In this document: piece after piece, positions 9,781 to 20,630 of the stretch
Layout of the letters: every line of letters starts with the position of its first letter
Position numbering within the stretch: position 1 is the stretch's first letter
From: an uncultured Chloroflexia bacterium
GTDB lineage: Bacteria; Chloroflexota; Dehalococcoidia; DSTF01; JALHUB01
Assembly: GCA_963726245.1 (NCBI GenBank)
Contig: CAVSBT010000017.1
Location: 32,001-96,000 of the forward strand
DNA length: 64,000 bases
Reading direction: 5' to 3'
Made by a program: the position numbers and the translations under genes
Notes under the pieces: generated by a model
Seen by the model: only the letters and a program-made list of their open reading frames with translations
What the model was told of the DNA's origin: nothing
Database searches by the model: none

Positions 9781-12498
9781 ATGACCAGCGAGGCCGGCCC
9801 TCGCGGCGACATCCCCAAGGCCTACGACCCGCGGGCCGTGGAGGAGCGGCTGTACCGCTTCTGGGAGGAGCGCGGCCACTTCACGCCCCGCATAGACCCG
9901 CAGGGACGGCCCTTCACCATCATCATGCCGCCGCCCAACCTGACGGGCGAGCTGCACCTCGGCCACGCCCTGGAAGACACCATCACCGACATCCTCATCC
10001 GCTGGCACCGCATGCAGGGCGATCCCACCCTGTGGCTGCCCGGCATCGACCACGCCGCCATCGCTGTCCACGTGGTGGTGGAGAAGGAGCTGGCCAGGGA
10101 GGGCCTCACCCGCCACGAGATGGGCCGCGAACGCTTCCTGGAGCGCGTGTGGGACTTCGTGAACCGCAACCGCCGGCGCATCTTCGACCAGCACAAGCGG
10201 CTCGGCGCCTCGGCCGACTGGACCCGGGAGCGCTTCACGATGGATGAGGGCTCCCAGCGGGCCGTCCGCACCACCTTCCGCAGGCTCTACGACCAGGGCC
10301 TCATCTACCGGGGCGAGCGCATCATCAACTGGTGCCCGCGCTGCCAGACCGTCCTCTCGGACCTGGAGGTGGAGCACCACGAGCAGCAGGGCCACCTCTG
10401 GTACGTGCGCTATCCCCTTCTGAGCGGCGACGGCTCCCCGGAGGAGGGCCAGTACATCACCATCGCCACGACGCGGCCCGAGACGATAGTGGCCGACACC
10501 GGCATCGCCGTGCACCCCGGCGACGAGCGCTACGAGGCGCTGGTGGGGCGCCGCGCCCTCCTGCCCATCATCGGCCGTGCCATGCCCATCGTGGCCGACG
10601 AGGTGATCGACCCGGCGTTCGGCACCGGCGCCCTCAAGGTGACGCCCGGCCACGACCCCGTCGACTTCGACATCGGGCAGCGCCACGGCCTGCCCATCGT
10701 CAGCGCCATCGCACCGGATGCCACCATGAACGAGGAAGCCGGCCCCTACAAGGGCATGGACCGCGACGAGTGCCGGCGGGCCATCGTGCGCGACCTGGAG
10801 GAGCAGGGCTACCTGGTGAAGACGGAGCCCTACGTCCACTCCGTCGGCCACTGCTACCGCTGCGACAGCGTCGTGGAGCCGCTGGTCAGTCTCCAGTGGT
10901 TCATGCGCATGGAGCCCAGGCGGACTCGCCCGACCGGCCATCGAGGCGGTGAAGGACGGCCGCATCCGCTTCGTGCCGGAGCGCTTCGTGAAGGTCTACC
11001 TGAACTGGATGGAGAACATCCGCGACTGGTGCGTCTCGCGCCAGCTCTGGTGGGGCCATCGCATCCCCGTCTGGTACTGCGCCGACTGCGGCGAGCCAGA
11101 CGCTGCCCCTTCTGCCTGACGCGGGCGATCCCCTGGCGGACCCGACTAGCTGTCAGCACTGCGGGTCCGGCCGCATCGAACAGGACCCGGACACGCTCGA
11201 CACCTGGTTCTCTTCCGCCCTCTGGCCTCACTCCACGCTGGGCTGGCCTGACGACACCGAGGACCTTCGCTACTTCTATCCCACCTCCGTCATGCAGATG
11301 GGGTACGAGATCCTCTTCTTCTGGGGCGCCCGCATGATCATGACGGGGCTCTACAACATGGGCCAGGTCCCGTTTCACACCGTCTACATACATGGCCTCA
11401 TCCGCGACGACGAGGGTCGCAAGATGAGCAAGACGATAGGCAACGTGGTGGACCCGGTCGGGCTCGTCGAGCGCTACGGCGCCGATGCCCTGCGCTACGC
11501 CCTGGCCACGGGCTGCAGCCCCGGCAACGACATGCGCATCTCAGATCAGAAGCTGGAGGCCGGACGCAACTTCGCCAACAAGCTCTGGAACGCCGCCCGC
11601 TTCGTGCTCACCAACCTCGACGGCGCCGGGCTCGAGCGCCCTTCCCTCGACCGGCGGCAGGAGATGCCCCTGGAGGACCGCTGGATCATGTCGCGCCTCC
11701 AGCGGGTGGCGGCAGGCACCGGCCAGCTCCTGGAGCGCTTCGAGCTGGGCGAGGCGGGCCGGCAGCTCCACGACTTCCTCTGGGGCGAGTACTGCGACTG
11801 GTACGTGGAGATGGCCAAGGTGCGGCTACGGGAGGGCGACTCCTCGCCGCTGCCGGTGCTGGTTCACGTGCTGGACAGCAGCCTCCGCCTCCTGCACCCC
11901 TACATGCCCTACGTGACGGAGGAGATTCTGGCAGGCCCTGTCCGGCCACCTGCCGGACCGCGACGCCGAGGCCCTCATCGTGGCGCGCTTCCCGCAGCCC
12001 GACGCGGCCTGGTACGACGACGAGGCGGAGGCGCAGGCCGAGGCCGTCATCGAGGTGGTGCGCGCTATCCGCAACATCCGCTCCGAGCGACGGGTGGAGC
12101 CGGCCCGCTTCGTCGAGGCCCACGTCCAGGCGCCGCGCCTGCGCGCCGCCCTGGAGGCCAGCCGTCCCCTCATCGCCACGCTGGCCCGAGCCGAGCCCCT
12201 GCACATCGTCGGCGAGGAGGCGCGCCTGCCGAGCGAGAACGTGGCGACCGCCGTCCTGGCCGAGGGCCGCGTGGCCCTGCCCCTGGCCGGGCTCTTCGAC
12301 CTGGAGGCGGAGCGCAGCCGCCTCTCCCGCCAGATCAGCGAGCTGGAGGGCGAGGTGGGCCGCCTGGAGTCGCGTCTGGCCGACGAGCGCTTCCGCACCC
12401 GCGCGCCCGCCGCCGTCGTGCGACAGGAGGAGGAGCGGCTGGCCTCAGCCCGCTCCCGCCTGGAGGGCCTGCGCGCCCGCCTGAGCGAGCTGGGGAAG
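9781..12498 (+). CDS. valS: Valine--tRNA ligase (several indels; stop not resolved)
   Basis: [13 protein letters not shown] (HIGH), [32 protein letters not shown]-terminal coiled coil ending RARLSELG. Confidence 0.95.
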
Positions 12499-12513
12499 GC
12501 CCGATGCCTCGAA

Positions 12514-15500
12514 TCAGCCAATAGGCCACTTCGGGATTGCCGCGTCGATCTCCGCCATGAGCCGCATGGTCTCATTGATGGCGACGACCATCTTCTCGTA
12601 GTGCTCGAGGTCCTCGTTGGAGAGCGTGCGGCGCGCGACGATCCTTCAGCCACTTCTGGCAGGGCTGGTAGCCGCCGACCCAGAACTCCCACACGCTCGC
12701 TGCGGTACGCCCTCGAAGTACTGTCCGCGAACGCCCGCCGTTGGGTTGCCCTTGTTGATGTAGACGCGGCCCGACCTCGACCGGCTTGCCGTCCTCCGGG
12801 CTTGGCTCGCCCGGCGCGACGTAGCGGGGGAAGCCGGGGTCCACGATGTTCGGGCCGGCGTACGGGGTAGCGGGTGATCGACTTCGCCAGCGTTGGCGAC
12901 TCCAACAGATGCAGCCCGACAAGCTCGCGCCCCTTCTCGACCAGTGTCCGGAAGAGGTCCAGGTTTGACGTGAGTGGGATACGCGGGAAGTCCGCCTTCA
13001 AGAACTGCGCGTAGCGGGTGCGATAGGTGGGCGAGTGCAGGACGGCGTAGATGTAGTGGAAGACGTCCTCCGGGCCGAAGGTGGCCTTGAGGTCGCCCTG
13101 TACCTTCTGAGACGAAGGTGAGACCGATACGTCCGGCGATGTCGTGCGACGAACTTCGGCTCGAAGTTGGGGCGGCGTCCATCCCTGCCCTCGGCCAGGG
13201 GGAGGCCGTAGGGAGCGCAGCCTGAGTGTCGACAGCCCCTTGGAGGCGGCGGGTACAAGTAGAGGGGGAAGACGAAACCATTGTTCAAGGTCTTCGGAGA
13301 CATGCAGCATGACTTCGGTGACTCGCCGGGTAACCTGACGCATGCCGGAATGTCTCGCCCTCGGTCAAACGAGTAGGTGACGAGTGCAAGGTTATTGCCC
13401 TGAAGCAGGTGTTGCATGACTCTCAGGCGGCGGTGCACAGCGACGTTCGAGTTGAAGACTGTCCATCGAACAATCAAGTGGCCGATAGAGAACCTGGCAG
13501 CAATTCGTTGCATCGCAGCCGCCGGATGCGCATTTCCTTCTTTGCGCGGCTCGTAGTTCCACTGAGACTGACGTGCAAAGTGCGAAGCAGCTTGACGGGC
13601 TTCGGCTTCGGTGCCCGTGGCGAGCAATGCCTCGCACTTTCGCGATTGCCTCTTCTCTAGTCCAACGAGATCGCAAACTGATCGTGAGTAGTGACGATTC
13701 CAGGCGCGGGGTCGCCGTTCTGGTTCATGACGCTTGTGGAATGCTACAGCCTTGTCAGTACTCCTCGAACAGGGACGTGTCCTGCGGGACGAAAAGATCC
13801 CGTCGGGGTTCCATGCGGGAAAGGTGGCCCACTTGGTAGGTCGATACGTCGGTATCGATGGAGCGCCAGCGTATTTGTTTTCACGCGAGCCCCACGAATC
13901 TCGCAGTGATGGACCGGCGGCGATATCCGCGCTTTGCCGGCTCCTTAACGAAGATGACCGATGGCCACCCCCTGCTGAATGTCGAAGACGTTCTGGTCTA
14001 GCTGAGCCGTCCGGGCAGCGCTCCTTCTTCTTGGAGTTGCCGTGCAGGTCGAGGACGTAGATGTCGTTGAAGGCGTTGCATCAACTGCTGGCGCATCCCT
14101 CGGAAAGTGGGGTTGTCGAGGTAGCTGTGGTTGGTGATGAAGGCCAGGATGCCGGCACCCGGTCCGCTCGATCCGCCACTGGCCCAAGCGGATGAACTTG
14201 ACGTAGTCGTCCTGGAGCCACTTCGGTTGCGCTGCCCAGCGGCTTGCCGTCCACTCGGTAGTAGTCCCGTCTGTAGTCCATCGATGCAAGGCTGACGCCG
14301 TCGATCCAGGTCGCCCTTGTTGGCCGAGTGGCCGGAGTAAGGCGGATTGCCCAGGACCACCATGATCGGCAGGTCGCGTTTGATCTCGGCGGCGGCGTTG
14401 GCCTCGTCGGCGATGAACCGGCGCGCCGAGCAGCAGGCTCGGCCTGCTTCGAGCGGCCTCCTCCAGAGTGTTCGTCAGGTAGACGCCCAGCCGGTCGTCG
14501 CCGGCGAAGTCGTAGGCCCAGTCCTTGCGCTGCCCCTCCGGCAGGTCCTGGCCCGCCAGTTGCATGCCGAGCTTGAGGTGCGCCACGGCGTAGGGGGCCA
14601 TCAGCAGCTCGAAGCCGAAGAGCCGCGGCAGGAGGTGCTCGCGCACGTAGCCCGACCACATACCCGCGTTGCCCTGCTTGCATGAACTGCGTCGCGGATC
14701 GAGGTCGACGACCGGCGTAGAGGAAGGTGCCGGTGCCGCAGGCCGGGTCGAGGATCAGGACGCGGGGGACGGTCTCCTGTCGCGTTCCTTGCCGTCCTCG
14801 TCGATGGCGCTCGTAGGTCACCGTGCCGGTGTCGGCCAGGCCGTCGGCGCAGGCCGAAGCGCGTCTTGAGCAGGTGGTCGACGGAGCGGACGATGTACGA
14901 CACGACGGGCTCGGGCGTGAAGTAGACGCCGCGCGCTCTCGCGCAGCTTGGGGTCGTAGGCGGCGAGAAAGGTCTCGTAGAAGTGGACGATCGGGTCCTC
15001 TCTGCCGCGTGCGCTTGCCGAACTCGGCGAGCACCGCCGTCCATGTCCGTGCTCGGTCGAGCAGCTGCGCCAGGTCGTCGACGAAGCCGACGATAGGGCT
15101 CATCGTCAAGGTCGGGGCCGGTGATCTGTGTCGAAGAGCTTGCGCAGGAACGGGTTGGTCTTCGGAATAGTCGCGGCGGCGTCCTGACGCCGGAAGCGGG
15201 CCGGGCCGTTGTGGTTCACCCGCGCTGCGAACAGCCCGTACGCTATCGTCTGCGAGAACATGTCCGCAAAGGCTTCGTGCAGGAGAGATCGGGGATGAGG
15301 ACTTCGGCGAATGCCTCGTGCAGGCCGCGCAACGTGGCCGACGCCGTCTTGTTCTGAAACGCTTGCACGAGTGATGTCGCGGATGAGGTGCGTTAGCCGT
15401 GCCAGGCGCTCGGCAAGCTCCTTGGGCTTAGAGATAGGCTGAGGCTTGTGGTCGAGGAAGCCGCGCAGGAGCGCCTCGGCCGCTTGGGCACCGTTCTTCT

Positions 15501-15908
15501 CAAGAACCAGATCTTGCTTGACTGTCTACACTCGCCAGACGCGCAATCATCCGCCGCTCGCCGTCCACATACCAACGGAACTCCAGGTAGTCGGTGAGGA
15601 TCAGATTCGGCAGACCCTTTGCGGTAGCGCTTGAGCTGCTCGCTCTTCTCGATGGACGCGAGCGGCGCGCCCACGTCCTTGGCCTCGATGTGGCCGATGG
15701 TGAGCGGGCCGTGCGCGGTGTTGCGGGAGACTACGTAGTCTGGCGCTCCGCACTCGACGTGCTTCGGCTCGTTGGTGGCTGTGACGCCGCTTGCCAGCGC
15801 CTCTACTAGCGCCTTCAAGGCGGGCCGGTGTGTGTGTTCGGTGTCGTCGCCGCGGGCCAGCGCCTTTGCGATGTCGGCGCGATACTGGGACAGTGGAGAA
15901 ACCGGCAC
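12514..15908 (-). CDS. Fused Type IIG/ISP-like restriction-modification enzyme: N-terminal nuclease, N6-adenine MTase, C-terminal specificity domain (heavily frameshifted)
   Basis: APDY...HIEAKD (PD-(D/E)XK-like), GVYFTPEPVVSYIV, ILDPACGTGTFL, GNPPY, YIYAVLHSPTYRTRYAQFLKADFPRIP, VWEFWVGGYQ. Confidence 0.8.
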
Positions 15909-16046
15909 GGTGCCTCCCCTCTTGCGCTGGGATTATAGCGTGTCCGCGCCGTGGGCGTCGACATGGACGCTCTGCATGCCTATGGCCCGGTGAAAACCAG
16001 GCCGGCTATGTCGAGCGCGGCGAAGTGCCCGGTGTCGTCACGCTGG

Positions 16047-16682
16047 TCAGCGGGCGCGGATGAAGGCGAAGTTCTTGTGGCGCGTGGGGATGGCCTCAAC
16101 GTCGCTGAAGCCGGCGTCCTTCAGCATCGGCGCCAGCTTGTCGACGATGCTCTCGCCGCGCGAGTGGCCGAAGATCGACAGTAGATGGCCGAGGGGGGAG
16201 TGGCTGTGCGCGGCGAAGTCCATCGCCATGAAGCGGCCGCCGGGCTTGAGGACACGCCGTATCTCGGCGAGCCCCGTGCGCTTGAGGTCATCGGGCAGGT
16301 GGTGCAGCATGAGGCTGCTGGTCACGAGGTCGAACGTCGCATCAGGGAACGGGATCGCCTCGATCAGGGCGACCTGGAAATCGATATCGGAGCCGGCCTT
16401 CGCCGCCTTCTCCTTGGCGACTTCGATCATCTCAGGGGAGGCGTCGATGCCGTGCACCTCGCCCGTTCCCACGCTGGACTTGAGGGCGAGGGCGAGCGTG
16501 CCGGTGCCGCAGCCGACGTCGAGCACCTTCTCGCCGGGCGCCGGCGCGGCCAGCTCAATGAGCTTCTCCCGGACCGCTTTGATCCGCCCGAACGAGATGA
16601 CTCTGCCGAAAAGGTCGTACCAGCGCGCCCAGTGGATGACGCGGCCTGCCGTGTGCGGGGCGTCAGCGGTCTTGTGGTGCAT
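16047..16682 (-). CDS. Class I SAM-dependent methyltransferase (UbiE-like)
   Basis: VLDVGCGTG, PFPDATFDLV, EIRRVLKPGG. Confidence 0.88.
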   Translation of the reverse strand: MHHKTADAPHTAGRVIHWARWYDLFGRVISFGRIKAVREKLIELAAPAPGEKVLDVGCGTGTLALALKSSVGTGEVHGIDASPEMIEVAKEKAAKAGSDIDFQVALIEAIPFPDATFDLVTSSLMLHHLPDDLKRTGLAEIRRVLKPGGRFMAMDFAAHSHSPLGHLLSIFGHSRGESIVDKLAPMLKDAGFSDVEAIPTRHKNFAFIRAR

Positions 16683-16699
16683 TCTCGAATCTCTCTCCC

Positions 16700-18064
16700 C
16701 TACCCCGCGCAGAAGATCGAGCAGTCGGGGCCGTGGATGCGCTCCGCCTCGGCGATGGCCTCCTCGACGGTCGCGGTGGGGGTGAAGCCGACGTGCCGCG
16801 GCACCGCCGGGTCCTCGGCGCCCGCCACGAAGACGCGACCGGCGTGTCGCAGGCGCTTCAGGGGGTGCGTGGCCAGGATGCCGTGGACGGGGTGGAAGGC
16901 GTAGCCCCGCCGGTACAGCTCGATGTAGTCACTTCGCGTGGCGAACTCGCCCAGGAAGCGCTCGCTGATCTCGTCGGGGTCCAGGGATTCGGTCAGCACC
17001 CGGTCCCACACCTCCGGGTACGAGGGGTGGTGCTCCATGTCCCACTGCTCGGGACAGGGCGTGGTGAGGATCACCGAGCACCCCGGCTTCCCCAGCGCCT
17101 CGATGTAGCCGCCCAGGTAGCCCAGGCCCGATGAGAGCAGCGTCAGGATGGGGTTCATTTTGGAGAAGGTGGCGTAGGGGCTCCAGTTGGGCACGCCGTA
17201 GATGATGACGTCGGCCCGCTCGGCGGCCGTCCGGCGCGGCGGGTTCTGGGCGGCCTGCACCTCCAGGGCGCGCGCCCGCGTCTCCGAGACGGTGCCGGCC
17301 CAGATGTGCGCTATCGTCATCGCGTCGGCCAGCAGCGTCTCCACCTTGAAGATGCGCCGACCGATGGACCTCTCCAGGTGCTCGCCCATCTCGTCGAAGA
17401 CGCCGTGCATGCGGTTGCCCCGCACCGACATCGACATGCCGTCCGGGGTGTGCGTCCAGCGGATGGAGCGCCAGGTGGAGAGCCCCACGCAGACCGACTT
17501 CCAGCCGCCGCTGAAGCCCAGCATGACGCCGGCGTTGACGTAGACCGTCAGGTCTGAGTCGGCGACCAGGCGGTGCACCTCCACGTCGTAGCCGCTGGCC
17601 GTCGTGCCGAGGTAGACCAGGTTCTCCGCGTCCTCGGCGTCGTGGCAGGCGAGCCGCGGCCCGAAGCGCTGGACCAGCTCCTCGCCCAGGATGCTCGACA
17701 GCTCTTCGCGCGTCCACTTGCGGTGGAGGGCGTTGGCGCAGACCAGGTTGACGTTCTCCTCCGGGACGCCGGCCTCCGCCAGCTCGGCGAGGATGGCCTC
17801 GATGACCAGGCGGCGGACCGGCCCGAAGGAGGGTATCGTCGGGTCGTCGAAGGCGATGAGCACGCGGGCGCCCGGGCGCACCAGCTCTCGGACGCGCGGC
17901 ATGCCCAGCGGCTTCGCCAGGGCGGCCAGGACGGCCTCCGACTGGTCCGCGACCGGCTGGAGGCCGCTGGCCAGCCCGCGAGAGGGGAAGCGCGTCCGGT
18001 CCGGCAGGCTGACCTCGACGGTGGTGTCGCCGTAGGGGAGGGTTCTCTTGATCATCGTGCCCAA
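16700..18064 (-). CDS. LarA/lactate racemase-domain protein
   Basis: LIAFDDPT, CANALHRK, CHDAED, GFSGGWKS resemble the LarA N-terminal domain. Confidence 0.7.
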   Translation of the reverse strand: MGTMIKRTLPYGDTTVEVSLPDRTRFPSRGLASGLQPVADQSEAVLAALAKPLGMPRVRELVRPGARVLIAFDDPTIPSFGPVRRLVIEAILAELAEAGVPEENVNLVCANALHRKWTREELSSILGEELVQRFGPRLACHDAEDAENLVYLGTTASGYDVEVHRLVADSDLTVYVNAGVMLGFSGGWKSVCVGLSTWRSIRWTHTPDGMSMSVRGNRMHGVFDEMGEHLERSIGRRIFKVETLLADAMTIAHIWAGTVSETRARALEVQAAQNPPRRTAAERADVIIYGVPNWSPYATFSKMNPILTLLSSGLGYLGGYIEALGKPGCSVILTTPCPEQWDMEHHPSYPEVWDRVLTESLDPDEISERFLGEFATRSDYIELYRRGYAFHPVHGILATHPLKRLRHAGRVFVAGAEDPAVPRHVGFTPTATVEEAIAEAERIHGPDCSIFCAG

Positions 18065-18108
18065 CCCATATCAGACGGTACCACAGCGCGCAAGGGCCGG
18101 TTGGCATG

Positions 18109-18143
18109 GTAGGGGGCGTCCGCCTCTGGACGGACGCCCCTAC
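18109..18143. repeat. GTAG-type REP palindrome
   Basis: gtagggggcgtccg-cctctgga-cggacgcccctac. Confidence 0.7.
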
Positions 18144-18900
18144 TCCGACCCACAGCACCTGGCTCTTGAGGATCTCCCGGGGCATCGCCTCCAGGGCTGT
18201 CCTGACCCGGGCGGGCCACGGGCAGCAGCCGCTTCATCGTCCGGTCCTCCAGCCGCCGCAGGTAGGGGCAGCGCTTGAGGAAGGCGCCCAGCGTGTGGCG
18301 GTCCCCGCCCAGGAAGACGTAGTCCAGCTCCCGCTCGACAGGCCCGAAATGGGCCTGGACCGCCTCGCAGGCCTTGTCGAACATCTCCCGAATCTGCTTC
18401 TCGCGGATGCGGACGAATCGCGTCGCCGACTGGCCCCCGGCCTTGTGCCGGCCCTTAACGAACCTGTGGCCGCTCTTGGAATCGATCAGGCGCTCCCCCT
18501 CGAAGAGGCCGACGGCGTAGCGACCGAGCCGCAGCAGGACGACGCCCACGGTGCGCGGCTCGCTGAGCAGCGCGCGCAGAGGGGAGGTGTCGCATCCGGC
18601 CCGGCAGCCGGCATCGCGGAGGGGGAACGGAGGCAGCACCACCAGCCGGCGGGCGTCGCTCCAAAAGAAGACGGCGCCCGTCTCCGAGTCGAGTTCGCCG
18701 GCCAGGGCGTCGATCTCCTCGAGCCATGCGGCTTGACCGGGGGCAAGGTTGTCGTCGGGCGAGGGCCGTGCCGCCGGCGGCTGGCCCGCCTGCCGGCGAG
18801 GCAGGTACACGGTGAGCCAGTCGCCGGGGGAGGCCTCCAGGTCCGCCAGCAGCGCCTCCAGCCGGCGCCGCGTCAGCTGCTCCCGTCTTGTGATTTCCAC
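18140..18900 (-). CDS. acVLRF1-family (Vms1/aeRF1-like) release factor / peptidyl-tRNA hydrolase; 3' end uncertain because of indels
   Basis: VVLLRLGRYAVGLFEG...VKGRHKAGGQSATRFVRIREKQ...FLGGDR. Confidence 0.8.
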
Positions 18901-19139
18901 GACGGTTCCTCAGCCTCAGCATGCTCGCCTGCAAACACTGCCCATTGTGCCACACAAAGGCGGCGGAAGGGGGTGCAGCCGGGCCAGACAGATGCCGATG
19001 CTTTATCGGGAAAGCGTTAGGGGATTGAGGGCAAGGATGCATGGCTGCTCCCGATAGTGGCAAGAAGGCATTTAGGGTTTCATCAGCTAGTGCAGATGAT
19101 CAGGCGTCAGTTCGGGCCCCAGCGGGCGGAGGGAAGGCG

Positions 19140-19325
19140 ATGATCTGGCTGAAGGGCTGCCCCAAGTGTCATGGAGACATGCACTATGATCCCCTGGTTG
19201 AGGAGTACGTGTGCTTGCAGTGCGGTCTGGCGGTGGAGAGGCCGCCGGAAGAGTCCCTGTCGGAGGCTTTGACCGCCGGCGCGTCGCCGGTCGAGCCACT
19301 GCGCCTCGACCCGAAGAGCCCCTAG
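19140..19325 (+). CDS. Small zinc-ribbon protein (61 aa)
   Basis: GGAGGGAAGG RBS; MIWLKGCPKCHGD...YVCLQCG with two CxxC; followed by a terminator. Confidence 0.75.
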   Translation: MIWLKGCPKCHGDMHYDPLVEEYVCLQCGLAVERPPEESLSEALTAGASPVEPLRLDPKSP

Positions 19326-19346
19326 CACACCCTCCGGGTTGAACGA

Positions 19347-19380
19347 GGGGACCCCGTCCGACAGGACGGGGTCCCCTTTT
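19347..19380 (+). terminator. Intrinsic terminator
   Basis: ggggaccccgtcc-gaca-ggacggggtcccc followed by tttt. Confidence 0.8.
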
Positions 19381-19464
19381 CGCGCACGGAGTTGAAGCTC
19401 CGTCCTTACGCTTGATTTCCCCGCCGTCTGCAGATTTTCCCTCGCCAGGGTCTCCCCGACGCGT

Positions 19465-19476
19465 GAACACGCGTGC
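19465..19476. promoter_or_regulatory. Candidate LexA (GAAC-N4-GTTC type) box, one mismatch
   Basis: GAACacgcGTGC immediately upstream of the nurA-like gene. Confidence 0.3.
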
Positions 19477-19500
19477 TAACATGCCACCAGCGCATGTAAC

Positions 19501-20599
19501 TTGCGCCTGGAGGGCAGCTTGGTAGCTGAGCAGTCACCCCACGTCGATCTCAGGGAGCTGGCCCGGCGATACGACGCCCGGCCCCTGGACGACCGCCCCT
19601 ACGAGCCGCTTCCCTTGGCTGACCAGGCTCTCGACCAGGACGAGGAGGCGCTGAAGGCGCGCCTGCGCCAGCTCTCCTACGAGCTGCCGGCCAGCGAGTG
19701 GCGGCCCATCGCCTGCACAGGGGAGGGCGGCGGGCCCGCCGACGCGCCGCGCCGCTTCATCGACGGCAGCGTCTTCTCCCGCAGCGTGGCCGCTCTCTCC
19801 GTCGAGGGCCGCCGGCGGCCGGCCGTGCTCGCCTGCCTGGGCGCCCTCGGCCTCCACCTGGAGGGAGGACGCCTCGTGCGGCCCCCGGAGGGCTTCCGGC
19901 TGCGCACCGTCCTCTGCCTGCTGAGCAACGGCGTGCCCCAGGAGGACCTGCGCGACGATGGCCGAGGGGCTGGCTTCGCTAGGGATTGATCTGGTCGTCT
20001 CGGAGACGGCGGAGCTGGCCGCCGACTTCGAGGTGCTGCGACGGCGCACCTGGGACCTGGCGAAGGAGCGCATGGAGGAGGCGGAGAAAGAGGTCCTCTT
20101 CGCGGCGCCGGACGTGCCCGCGGTGGTGGACGGCCTGCTGGAGCGGCGGCTGGTCACCGTCGCCTCGCAGGGCATGGCGGCGGTGGGCGTCGTGAAGCGC
20201 CAGATGCGGCGCTACCTGCCCGACTCCCACCTCAACCTGCTCTACGACCTCGCCGCGGGCCAGCGCACGCCCGCCTTCCTTCTCGAGACGGAGCACGCCA
20301 CCGTCGTGAGCTGGTACCTGCGCCTCTCGTCCGCCGACGGGCTGTCCCCCGGCTACGGCATCGTCCGGCTGGCCGTCCCCCAGGACTACCTGGAGCGGCG
20401 CTTCCCGGCGCCCGCAGAGCGCTGGAACCAGCTTTCGGCGCTCTCCGACTGGCTGCGGGCGCTGCGCTGTCGAGAGGGGAGCTACCCCCGGGCCGGCGTC
20501 TCCCTGGAACCGATCGTCCGCGTGGAGGACGAGCTGCACGCCCTGCTGCCGGACATCCGGCAGGTGGCGGCCCGGCTGCAACGGGCCCTGGGCATCTAA
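19501..20599 (+). CDS. nurA: NurA-like nuclease (RNase H fold; one indel near 19960)
   Basis: RFIDGS, VVDGLL, AVGVVK, SWYLRL, GIVRL, LEPIVRVEDEL pattern; directly upstream of a HerA ATPase. Confidence 0.65.
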
Positions 20600-20630
20600 G
20601 GTCCGCCCTACGGCGGACAGGAGGGTGGAG

